A stretch of 64,000 nucleotides of DNA from Blastocatellia bacterium (lineage in GTDB: Bacteria > Acidobacteriota > Blastocatellia > UBA7656), in assembly GCA_963765495.1 (NCBI GenBank), contig CAVXWP010000001.1:448001-512000 (forward strand), in the 5' to 3' direction. Below, in pieces: positions 43,304 through 51,743 of this stretch. Below the pieces are notes generated by a model. The model was not told the DNA's origin, ran no database searches, and worked only from the letters and a program-made list of their open reading frames with translations. Position 1 is the stretch's first letter. Each line of letters begins with the position of its first letter. The translations under genes and the position numbers were made by a program.

Positions 43304-43726
43304 ATGAAAGAACTTTCTACAAGCTTAAAAGAGTTTATCGAGAATCAAGAACTGATGCGAATCGCCTATACAGACAGCAAAGGGTTTCCGCGCGTCGTGC
43401 CTGTCTGGTATGTAGTGCTTGAAGACAATTACTACGTCGGCACATACAAGTCGAGCGCAAAGTGGAAAGCGATTGAGCAAGACTCGCGCATGGGCTGGGT
43501 CATAGATGGTGGGGAGGACTACAAATATAAAGGCGTTTCCAGGTACGGACACGCGGAAGAAGTGACTGATGCCGACCAGCGTGCTACCGTATACAACGCG
43601 CTGGGTGTAAAATATTTTGGCTCGACGGATGACCCAAATTTTCTTGAGATATACGGCCAGGTCGATAACCAGGATACGCTTTACATGCGGCTCAAGGAAG
43701 ATGGCGGCAATTCGTGGGAATATTGA
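43304..43726 (+). CDS. Pyridoxamine 5'-phosphate oxidase-like split-barrel protein
   Basis: MRIAYTD..G.PRVVPVWY pattern; AAGGAG RBS. Confidence 0.8.
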   Translation: MKELSTSLKEFIENQELMRIAYTDSKGFPRVVPVWYVVLEDNYYVGTYKSSAKWKAIEQDSRMGWVIDGGEDYKYKGVSRYGHAEEVTDADQRATVYNALGVKYFGSTDDPNFLEIYGQVDNQDTLYMRLKEDGGNSWEY

Positions 43727-43734
43727 GAAAAGTC

Positions 43735-44934
43735 ATGGCGCAATCAATGAATGAATCCTGCGAGGGTGAATCGGGCGGACCCTCCATCAGTTTATCCGCG
43801 ATTGATCCTCGGATAGCTGACATACTCGACCGGGCGCTTGAGGGGGGCGAGCTAGACTTCGAAGACGGAGTGGCGCTCGCCCAATCAAGCGGGCCGGAAT
43901 TAGAGGCGCTCATACAAGCGGCCGACCATATCAGGCGCGAGCGCGTGGGCGATTGTATTACCTATGTCGTCAATCGCAATATCAACTTCACAAATATCTG
44001 CTTTGTAGGTTGCCGCTTCTGCGCCTTCAGCCGCGCGCCTCGTGAAAAGGATGCTTATTTTCACTCTTTCGAAGAGATCGGACGGCGATCACAGGAGGCC
44101 TGGGAACGCGGCGCGCGCGAGGTCTGCGTGCAGGGAGGGCTGCCTCGCGGGCTTGATCCTTTTTATTACCGCGATCTTCTCCGCGTAATCAAAGAGGCCA
44201 CGCCCGATATGCACATCCACGCATTTTCGCCTATGGAAATAGTCTACGGCGTAGAGTTGACCGGGATGAAGCTGGCCGATTATCTGCTGATGCTAAAAGA
44301 GGCGGGGTTGGGAACGCTCCCCGGCACCGCCGCTGAAATTCTGGATGATGATGTGCGCCATAATATCGAGCGCATAAAGCTGAAAGTTTCCGAATGGGTC
44401 GAAGTCATTCGTACCGCGCATGGCCTCGGCATCCCTACCACCTCAACGATGATGTACGGCCACACGGAGACACCCACACACTGGGTTCGGCATCTTTTGC
44501 TGTTGCGCGATATTCAAAAAGAGACGGGCGGTTTTACGGAATTTGTGCCGCTCGGATTCGTACACGAATTCACTCAGTTGTATAAATCCGGCGATGCGCG
44601 GCCCGGGCCTACGACCGAAGAGCATCTGAAGGTACACGCGCTTGCGCGATTGATGTTGAACGGATGGATAGACAACATACAGGTCTCGTGGGTGAAGCTC
44701 TCGCGCCAGATGGCGCAGGACTGTTTTCGCGCCGGAGCAAATGATTACGGCGGAACCTTGATGAACGAAAACATATCGAGGCTCGCGGGCGCAACCGCCG
44801 GAGAGTATCTGTCGCCTGAGGATTTTCACGAGCGCATACGCGAGCTTGGCCGTATCCCCGCCGAACGTACCACTACTTACAAAATAGTAAACATCTACGA
44901 CAACATCGCCGCGGACGCAAAGGCACAACAGTAA
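43735..44934 (+). CDS. cofH: FO synthase subunit CofH
   Basis: NRNINFTNICFVGCRFCAF, PGTAAEILDD, NIQVSWVK, GGTLMNENISR. Confidence 0.95.
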   Translation: MAQSMNESCEGESGGPSISLSAIDPRIADILDRALEGGELDFEDGVALAQSSGPELEALIQAADHIRRERVGDCITYVVNRNINFTNICFVGCRFCAFSRAPREKDAYFHSFEEIGRRSQEAWERGAREVCVQGGLPRGLDPFYYRDLLRVIKEATPDMHIHAFSPMEIVYGVELTGMKLADYLLMLKEAGLGTLPGTAAEILDDDVRHNIERIKLKVSEWVEVIRTAHGLGIPTTSTMMYGHTETPTHWVRHLLLLRDIQKETGGFTEFVPLGFVHEFTQLYKSGDARPGPTTEEHLKVHALARLMLNGWIDNIQVSWVKLSRQMAQDCFRAGANDYGGTLMNENISRLAGATAGEYLSPEDFHERIRELGRIPAERTTTYKIVNIYDNIAADAKAQQ

Positions 44935-44955
44935 AAATAAATTAGAAGCGAGTAC

Positions 44956-45058
44956 AAATAGGCCGCGGGTGACACGGATGCGCCGGGTCTACGCGGATCT
45001 GATTTTACTGGGTTAATCCGCGTAAATCCGTCGCATCCGCGTCCGTCCCGACCTATTT
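44956..45058. repeat. Family A palindromic element, copy 3
   Basis: AAATAGGCCGCG...GTCCGTCCCGACCTATTT with 9-nt CGGAT period. Confidence 0.82.
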
Positions 45059-45235
45059 CAATTTCCCTGTTCTGTGTTTGAAGGAAAACCGAATAGCTCT
45101 CTCAGGTGTTTCTCCTTGATGTGAGACAGCCTTTTACGGCTGCCGCTACGAGTGATAGAATCACGCCGCAATCTAATTTCTCAGGTCAGGTAAAAAATCA
45201 ACAGTCGTCCTAACCGCCCGGTTGGAGCAGATTAA

Positions 45236-45829
45236 ATGTGGGATTCGCTTTCACAAATCAGCGCGCTTTCGGTCTTTCTCGTACTGGCGGCAATCGGATT
45301 TCTCTTTCTGCTGATCTCGTTTCTGTTTGGAGAGATTCTCGGATTTCTGGAATTCGAGCACGAGTTCGAGCACGAGTTTGGCGATGAGGGGCCGAGCTTT
45401 TTCAGCCTGCGAGTCATAGCGGTTTTCGTGACCGCTTTTGGCGGCATCGGAGCCATAGGGATTTATCGTGGTTACAGCACTCTTATAAGCTCGATGTTTG
45501 GCCTCGCCAGTGGAGTGGTGACGGGCGCTGTGGTCTATTTCTTTGCGAGACTCCTTTACTCGCAGCAAGCCTCGAGCATGGTGGATGCTTCCGACCTCAT
45601 AGGTGTGACCGCTCAGGTGATCGTCAGAATCCCGTCCGAAGGGTTCGGGCAGGTGCGCTGCGTCGTAGGCGAATCCATGATCGACAAGCTCGCCCGGTCA
45701 CGCGGGGGCGTAGAGATTCCGAATAACTCTACTGTGAGAATCGAAGAGATTGCGGGCGAAAGCGTCATAGTCAGCCCGTGCCCGGCAGAGGGCGAAGGCA
45801 AAGGGTTATTTCTTTTCACAAATGATTGA
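45236..45829 (+). CDS. NfeD-like (YuaF-type) membrane protein
   Basis: Three TM segments then an OB-fold-like C-terminus; directly upstream of flotillin. Confidence 0.8.
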   Translation: MWDSLSQISALSVFLVLAAIGFLFLLISFLFGEILGFLEFEHEFEHEFGDEGPSFFSLRVIAVFVTAFGGIGAIGIYRGYSTLISSMFGLASGVVTGAVVYFFARLLYSQQASSMVDASDLIGVTAQVIVRIPSEGFGQVRCVVGESMIDKLARSRGGVEIPNNSTVRIEEIAGESVIVSPCPAEGEGKGLFLFTND

Positions 45830-45850
45830 CAAGCACAGGAGGTTACGAAA

Positions 45851-47404
45851 ATGCTTCTCCAGGACCCGACCATTTTGATCATTATTGCAGTAGTAGTTTT
45901 TGCCCTTTTGCTGGCGCTTTCGGTCATCAGCAAGAACTATATCAAGGTTCCGCCAAACGAGGCGGCCGTATTTTCCGGGCGCAAACGAAAGCTCGCCGAC
46001 GGTCGCATAGTCGGCTATCGCCTGATAAAAGGCGGCGCGGCGCTTCGCATCCCGCTTCTTGAGAAGGTTGATTATCTCTCTTTGAATGTGATGACGCTGC
46101 CGCTCGAAATCCGCCGCGCCTACACGCTCAGAGGCGTTCCGGTCTCTGTAAAGGCGGTCGCAAACGTCAAGATCAAAGGCGACGATATATCTCTGCAAGC
46201 CGCCTCCGAGCGCTTCCTGGGGATGTCGCCCGCGCAGGTGCAACAGGTCATATTTCAAACGCTCGAAGGCCACCTGCGCGCCATACTCGGCACCCTGACC
46301 GTGGAAGAGATAAACAATGACCGGCAGAGTTTCGCTCAGAAACTCACAAGCGAAGCGGCCTCGGATCTCGAACGCATGGGCATAGGCGTAGATGTTTTAA
46401 CCATACAGGAGATCAGCGATGAAGAAGGCTACCTCGACGCTCTCGGCAAGAGCCGAACTGCCGAGGTCAAACGCGATGCCCAGATAGGCGAGGCCGAAGC
46501 CCTGCGCGATTCGAAGATACAGGCTTCGCTTGCGATGCAGGAAGGAGAGAAGGTCAAGCTCGACACCGAGGCTAACATTTCGCTTGCGCAGCGCGATCTG
46601 GAAGTAAAGAAGGCGCAGTATCAGGCCGAGATCGAAAAAGAGCGATCCACAGCCGATCAGTCGGGGCCGCTCTCATCGGCCAAGGCTCGCCAACTGGTCG
46701 TGGCCGAAGAGGTGCGGATTGAAAAGATTCGCACGCAGGAACAGATATCGGTTCAGGAACAAGAGATTCTCAGACGCGAAAAAGAGCTTGAGGCCACAAT
46801 AGTGAAACCTGCGGAATCGGCGCGAACGGCAGCCGTCCTGAAGGCCGAAGCTACAAAGCAGTCTTCCATCCTCGAAGCCGAAGGCAAGCGCGCATCGCTT
46901 ATCGCTATAGCCGAAGCCGAACAGGAAAGGCTCAAGAAAGAAGGTGCGGGCCGTGCCGCCGCTATCGAATCGGAAGGTAGAGCCGAGGCGGCAAAGATCG
47001 AAGCCATAGGTCTGGCTCAGGCGAAAGCCATCGAGGCGCAAGGTCTGGCCGAAGCGACTGCCATCTTCAAAAAGGCCGAGGCGTGGAAGCAATTCAACGA
47101 GGCCGCGCGTCTCCAGACTATTCTTGAAAAATTGCCTTCGATCATCGAAGCGTCGGCCCCGGTATTTGGCGCGGTCGCCTCTCCGCTCGGCAACATCGAC
47201 AAGGTGGTCGTGATCGAACAGGGCAACGGGAACGGGCAGGGCGGCGTGAATAAATTTGCCGCCACGGCGCCATCGGTAATCTTCGGGCTGTTACAGCAAC
47301 TCGAAGCGCTTGGCCTGAACGTGCCCAATCTGCTTGCGCAACTTGGGGTCGAGAATAAAAAAGAGATTGTTCCAAACACCCCCGTCGAAAGGATTGATTC
47401 CTGA
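45851..47404 (+). CDS. Flotillin (SPFH domain) protein
   Basis: N-terminal TM, LEGHLRAILGTLTVEEI, AEA-rich coiled coil. Confidence 0.93.
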   Translation: MLLQDPTILIIIAVVVFALLLALSVISKNYIKVPPNEAAVFSGRKRKLADGRIVGYRLIKGGAALRIPLLEKVDYLSLNVMTLPLEIRRAYTLRGVPVSVKAVANVKIKGDDISLQAASERFLGMSPAQVQQVIFQTLEGHLRAILGTLTVEEINNDRQSFAQKLTSEAASDLERMGIGVDVLTIQEISDEEGYLDALGKSRTAEVKRDAQIGEAEALRDSKIQASLAMQEGEKVKLDTEANISLAQRDLEVKKAQYQAEIEKERSTADQSGPLSSAKARQLVVAEEVRIEKIRTQEQISVQEQEILRREKELEATIVKPAESARTAAVLKAEATKQSSILEAEGKRASLIAIAEAEQERLKKEGAGRAAAIESEGRAEAAKIEAIGLAQAKAIEAQGLAEATAIFKKAEAWKQFNEAARLQTILEKLPSIIEASAPVFGAVASPLGNIDKVVVIEQGNGNGQGGVNKFAATAPSVIFGLLQQLEALGLNVPNLLAQLGVENKKEIVPNTPVERIDS

Positions 47405-47416
47405 AAAGGCAGATCG

Positions 47417-47520
47417 AAATAGGCCACGGATAACACGGATCGGACGGATTTTCACGGATTAGCTCAAACAGGGTCAGATCCGCGAAAATCCGCCGCATCC
47501 GCGTCCGTCCCGGCCTATTT
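47417..47520. repeat. Family A palindromic element, copy 4 (between convergent genes)
   Basis: AAATAGGCCACGGAT...GTCCGTCCCGGCCTATTT. Confidence 0.85.
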
Positions 47521-47570
47521 ATATTTCCCTTACTTTGGAGGTTCGTTTGTACGATCCTGTGCTTTTTAAT

Positions 47571-48230
47571 TCAGGGCGCTTCCTGCCGACGCCTGCGAAA
47601 ACGGCGGACCTTGGCCAGATTACCGCAATCCTTCATGTCGCACCAATGGCGACTCTTGTTGCGGCTCGTATCCAGAAATAACCACCCGCAGTTCTCCCCT
47701 CCGCATTGCCGCACTCGGGCGAGGTCGCCCGAGGTCAATAAATCTGCGGCTGATCGCGCTACGGGCCAGAGCATTTTATCAAGCGCCGCGCTCGTTTCGC
47801 GCCACGCCCAGTTGAACGCGCCCGCTGAGTAAACAAGCGTCTCGTGGCCTTTTGCTATCGCCAACTCTTCGTTTAATTTCTCAAGGTCTGCCCCTTCCGG
47901 CGGCCACCCCTCCGCTACCGATTTGAATATCCTGTATATCGCTTCCCTGAGCGCTCTGCCTCTCACAAGAACGGCTTCCGCTGCCTCCGGCCGCTCTTCG
48001 GCCAGCTTTAGCAGTCTGCGCGCTTCGGTCTCTGTTGCCAGTCCCACATCCCTCGACCACGCTGCCAGATCGGCGTAACCATTGATCTTCTCTCCATCCG
48101 CCCGGTACCCCGCATCCCGCAGAGCCTTCCGCGTCTTTACCTGATCTCTCCCTCCAACCGTGTTCGTAAAATCAAGGCTCAACGCCCCACCAATCAGCTT
48201 GAAGCTTTTTGCCGGTAACTCAAGCCCCAT
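47571..48230 (-). CDS. ABATE/CGNR zinc-finger (DUF1470) protein, putative regulator
   Basis: LDFTNT; C-x4-C...FLDTSRN...WC-x4-CGN..K..RFR; GGAGG RBS before ATG 48230. Confidence 0.92.
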   Translation of the reverse strand: MGLELPAKSFKLIGGALSLDFTNTVGGRDQVKTRKALRDAGYRADGEKINGYADLAAWSRDVGLATETEARRLLKLAEERPEAAEAVLVRGRALREAIYRIFKSVAEGWPPEGADLEKLNEELAIAKGHETLVYSAGAFNWAWRETSAALDKMLWPVARSAADLLTSGDLARVRQCGGENCGWLFLDTSRNKSRHWCDMKDCGNLAKVRRFRRRRQEAP

Positions 48231-48266
48231 TCGAATACCTCCCTTCCAGGTCTCTAAAAAATTCCT

Positions 48267-48344
48267 CGTAACCTGCAACTTGTATTTGACAGGTTACGTA
48301 TCGAGGAATATGATGTAACTGCTTTAGATAGTTTAACTGGTTAC
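48267..48344 (+). promoter_or_regulatory. Sigma70 promoter of the DinB-family gene flanked by two GTAAC-N20-GTTAC operators
   Basis: TTGACA (48286)-17 nt-TATGAT (48309); inverted repeats at 48268-48297 and 48315-48344 with identical spacing. Confidence 0.75.
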
Positions 48345-48396
48345 GTCGATCATTTCCACTGACGGCACAGGAGTCAGTATAGCGAAGGGAGAGAGA

Positions 48397-48864
48397 ATGG
48401 GCATGGAGAATGAAAAGCTTGTAGATGAATTAAGAAGGATTCATGACGGTGATGCGTGGCACGGACCGGCCTTACGCGAATTGCTTTCCGGCCTGACGCC
48501 TGAGCAGGCGAATGCAAGGCCAATCGAGGGCGGGCACAACATCTGGGAACTCGTCCTGCACATTCGGGGTTGGGAAAACGTCTTTTTAAGCCGCATCAAA
48601 GGCGATAATGTCAGTGAGCCGCCGGAAGGCGATTTCCCAGACATAGAGCAAGCGACTCAAAAGGCCTGGGATGAAGCCCTATCGGGGCTGGACGAGACTC
48701 ACGCAAAGTTGATCAGCGTGGTGGAAAATCTGGATGATAGGGCGCTTGAGGAGAGAGTCGCGGGCTATGAATATACGGTGCGTTTTCTGCTCGACGGCGT
48801 CACTCGCCATCACGTCTATCATACGGGGCAAATCGCGCTGCTAAGGAAAGCCTTTGTCAGGTGA
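48397..48864 (+). CDS. DinB/YfiT-family protein (four-helix bundle, not DNA polymerase IV)
   Basis: HNIWELVLH and HHVYHTGQI His triad. Confidence 0.9.
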   Translation: MGMENEKLVDELRRIHDGDAWHGPALRELLSGLTPEQANARPIEGGHNIWELVLHIRGWENVFLSRIKGDNVSEPPEGDFPDIEQATQKAWDEALSGLDETHAKLISVVENLDDRALEERVAGYEYTVRFLLDGVTRHHVYHTGQIALLRKAFVR

Positions 48865-48876
48865 ATCGGATTTTTT

Positions 48877-48947
48877 GACAGGATTAGCAAGATTTTTAAG
48901 GATTAGCAGAACTCTCTTTTAATCTGTTGAATCTCGTTAATCCTGTC
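48877..48947. repeat. Family B palindromic element between convergent genes
   Basis: GACAGGATTAGCAAGATT...AATCTCGTTAATCCTGTC. Confidence 0.78.
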
Positions 48948-48956
48948 TGAGTCTTT

Positions 48957-49874
48957 TCAGGTTTGAGGAGCGATCTCTCGAAGGTCTTTCAGAATATCGG
49001 CCGGTTTCCAGTCATTGCCGCGATAAACTTTCAGCACTTTTCCGTCAGGTGTAATGACTGCCGTGCGCAACCCGTGGATGATCTGAGCGCCCTCGGCCCA
49101 GTAATTCAAGCCGAAATACTCGGCCACTTTTTTCACCTGTTCGGCAGTTCCCGTAGCGAATTCCCAGTGCTTGAAATCATCCGGGCTGTCTGTGCCCATA
49201 GAAGCCTGCCCGTAGCCGCGCAGCACCTTCGGCGTATCATATTCGGGATCAACCGTGATGCTGAGCAATTGCGTCTTTTTATAAAGCTCGGCGTTGTCTT
49301 TTAGCGCCTTCTCTATTTCGGCAAACTGCCGCGTCATCAGAGGGCAGTAATCCGGCAACGGGCAGCGCGTATAGATAAAGGTCAGCGCCAGCGCCCGCCC
49401 GCGATAGTTGTGAAGGCTCGTAGGTTTTCCGTCCTGATTGACGAGCGCGAAATCTGGAACCTCTTCGCCCGGCGAAGGCCCTACGCGGCTTTCGGGCTTA
49501 TCGACATAGGCAGGATCGGGGGTCTCGCGAGTAATGACCAGGTCTTCAAGCCACGAACGGTCATCTGCGACTACCAGAGTAGCCTGCACGCGGTCGCCCG
49601 GCTGCAAGTCGTTAAAGGCCCATTCATCTTTCAAAGTGAAGGGCATCGTCATGGCCTCCATATACCCCGGTATGGCTTCGTGAGAGATGATTACCTGATG
49701 GCCTCTTTCGTCTACCGAGACGACTTTGCCTGTGAAATCGTAACGCTTGCCTTCGGGCGCGCGGTGATTCCGGCATCCTGACAGCCCCGCAAACAATATA
49801 ATTACAACCAGCATCAGACCTGAAAATTTGTTAATGCGAGATGCTTTTAAGATCGTGTGAGAAGCTCTGTTCAT
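48957..49874 (-). CDS. SCO-family copper chaperone with N-terminal CusF-like copper-binding domain (lipoprotein)
   Basis: LSGC lipobox; HEAIPGYMEAMTMPF; FIYTRCPLPDYCP; SITVDPEYDTP; distal His. Confidence 0.9.
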   Translation of the reverse strand: MNRASHTILKASRINKFSGLMLVVIILFAGLSGCRNHRAPEGKRYDFTGKVVSVDERGHQVIISHEAIPGYMEAMTMPFTLKDEWAFNDLQPGDRVQATLVVADDRSWLEDLVITRETPDPAYVDKPESRVGPSPGEEVPDFALVNQDGKPTSLHNYRGRALALTFIYTRCPLPDYCPLMTRQFAEIEKALKDNAELYKKTQLLSITVDPEYDTPKVLRGYGQASMGTDSPDDFKHWEFATGTAEQVKKVAEYFGLNYWAEGAQIIHGLRTAVITPDGKVLKVYRGNDWKPADILKDLREIAPQT

Positions 49875-50039
49875 AAAGATCAATTCTCTTCTATTGAAGG
49901 CCGAAGAACAACCTCAACCATCAGCTTACAGACGAACCGTAAGAGACCATACAATCAAGCCCGACCTGTCAGGACGCTGGACGGGTCGCTTGACTGCGTG
50001 CCCGGTTCTATTATTTCATTAAAGGCCAGGGAGATTATC

Positions 50040-50540
50040 ATGCATAAGAAATCGCTCTCAATCATTTTAGCCGCTGTCGCAATCCTGTTGTTTGGCGGTC
50101 TATCTTTTGCGCCGAGAGCCACAGCCCAGAACGAACACACTCTGGTGGGCGAATGGATAGTCACATCCACCCCTATAAACGGCGAGACGACTTCCCGTCA
50201 GGGCAACACGCTCGGGTTTCCTGAACGAGACATGTTTTTTGAGCAGAACGGCGATATACGCACGGGTGTGGTAGATCGTGAAGATGCCGGAACCAATGTC
50301 AAACCGCTCGGAGTATGGCGCGTAGACGGCGACAGGTTAAGCGCGACGTTTCAACTCTGGTGCCCCGATGCCAACGGGCCCTGCGGCTCAATAGTGATGC
50401 GGGGAAAGTTCACCGATGATGACCACATCAGAGGCACTATGGCTGCTTTCTTCGATGTGCCGGACGATTTCTTTCCTACGGGCTACGATACGTGGACGTT
50501 CTCATTCAGAGGCGAGCGAGTGCAGAAGGGAGGAAACTGA
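50040..50540 (+). CDS. Secreted hypothetical beta-barrel-like protein (paralog 1)
   Basis: GGAG RBS, signal peptide; shares GVWR...C-x5/6-C...YDT...F.G.R with the next ORF. Confidence 0.7.
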   Translation: MHKKSLSIILAAVAILLFGGLSFAPRATAQNEHTLVGEWIVTSTPINGETTSRQGNTLGFPERDMFFEQNGDIRTGVVDREDAGTNVKPLGVWRVDGDRLSATFQLWCPDANGPCGSIVMRGKFTDDDHIRGTMAAFFDVPDDFFPTGYDTWTFSFRGERVQKGGN

Positions 50541-51028
50541 TGGCAAATAGAGTTCGAATTACCAACAGATGGGCGGCTGCGCTTCTGGCGATCTGTCTCT
50601 TTCTGGCCGTGGCAACTCCTCAGACATTTGCAGGCGGCAAGGCGCTCGACGGGCGGTGGAGCGTGACCATCAAGATACCGGAATCTCCATTCAGCACTAC
50701 CAAACAGGAGCTTACCCTCACCTGGGTTGTGAGCCCTCGCGAGGCCAACAGCCTGCACGGGCGACTTCTTATCACCGACGCGGAAAATCGCACCGTGGGC
50801 GGCGTGTGGCGGCAGGTGGGCAAGAAGGTCTCTATAGCATTTGAGCTTCCCTGCACGGAAGGGGACACGTGCGCCTCGCTCATACTTCTCGGAAAGATCA
50901 AGGCGGAGAATACAAAACTCAAGAAGGGCAAGGTCATCGTCATGTGGGACACTCCCAATGATCAGGACCATACTTTCTATGATACATCTAAGGGTACTTT
51001 CACGGGCGACCGATTGCCCGACGAGTAG
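50540..51028 (+). CDS. Secreted hypothetical beta-barrel-like protein (paralog 2)
   Basis: TGATG coupling, GGAGG RBS, signal peptide; paralogous motifs. Confidence 0.7.
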   Translation: MANRVRITNRWAAALLAICLFLAVATPQTFAGGKALDGRWSVTIKIPESPFSTTKQELTLTWVVSPREANSLHGRLLITDAENRTVGGVWRQVGKKVSIAFELPCTEGDTCASLILLGKIKAENTKLKKGKVIVMWDTPNDQDHTFYDTSKGTFTGDRLPDE

Positions 51029-51132
51029 TCTTCAATCAATTCCAGGCAATTTCTGATGAAATCTTATTAATCCTCTACACGTCCTTGTCGCGCTTTATGC
51101 GCCGACGGTGCCATCCTTTCTTTGATACTCGA

Positions 51133-51159
51133 GTGTTACATTTTCGAAAAATGTGCTAC
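51133..51159 (+). promoter_or_regulatory. Candidate NikR operator
   Basis: GTGTTAC-N13-GTGCTAC 40 nt upstream of nikR; matches the GTGTTAC-N13 type site recalled for Arg-Gly-Ser (Geobacter-type) NikR. Confidence 0.75.
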
Positions 51160-51199
51160 AGTAATTTTCGCGCAACGGGATTCCAGAAAGGAGTTTTTG

Positions 51200-51685
51200 A
51201 TGGGCAAGGTTCAAAAGATCGTGGAATACGGAGGGCTGCGCCGCTTTGGCGTTTCGATGGAAGATGAACTGCTTGAGCAGTTCGACAAGTTGATCGAGCG
51301 CAAAGGCTATGATACGCGATCCGAGGCAATCCGGGACCTGGCGCGCAATGCGCTTTCCGAAGAGGTCTTAACCGATGAATCGGCAGATGCCGTGGCGACT
51401 ATTTCACTGGTCTATAACCATCACGTACGCGACCTCACATCAAAGCTCACCCGGTTTCAGCATAAAGCGCTGGATATGATCGTCTCCACGCTCCACATCC
51501 ACCTTGACGCGCATAATTGTCTTGAAGTGTTGATCGTGCGCGGCCCTTACGGGCGGGTGCGCGAACTGGCCGAATCTTTAATAAGCGTCAAGGGGGTGAA
51601 GCACGGCAAATTCGTCACCGCGATGGCGGAAACCGAGACTCACAAACACAAAGCCCATTCACACTCGCACAAACATGAGCATTGA
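51200..51685 (+). CDS. nikR: Nickel-responsive transcriptional regulator NikR
   Basis: RHH ([14 protein letters not shown]), [15 protein letters not shown]; His-rich tail. Confidence 0.96.
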   Translation: MGKVQKIVEYGGLRRFGVSMEDELLEQFDKLIERKGYDTRSEAIRDLARNALSEEVLTDESADAVATISLVYNHHVRDLTSKLTRFQHKALDMIVSTLHIHLDAHNCLEVLIVRGPYGRVRELAESLISVKGVKHGKFVTAMAETETHKHKAHSHSHKHEH

Positions 51686-51743
51686 TTATCTTTGACCCGG
51701 ACACCCCTTCGATCTTTAGATTCGCGCGCTAAAGGAGATCATA

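Noticed and set aside
48397-48864. 'DinB' as error-prone DNA polymerase IV
   Set aside because: It is a 155-aa His-triad four-helix bundle of the DinB/YfiT superfamily, unrelated to Y-family polymerases
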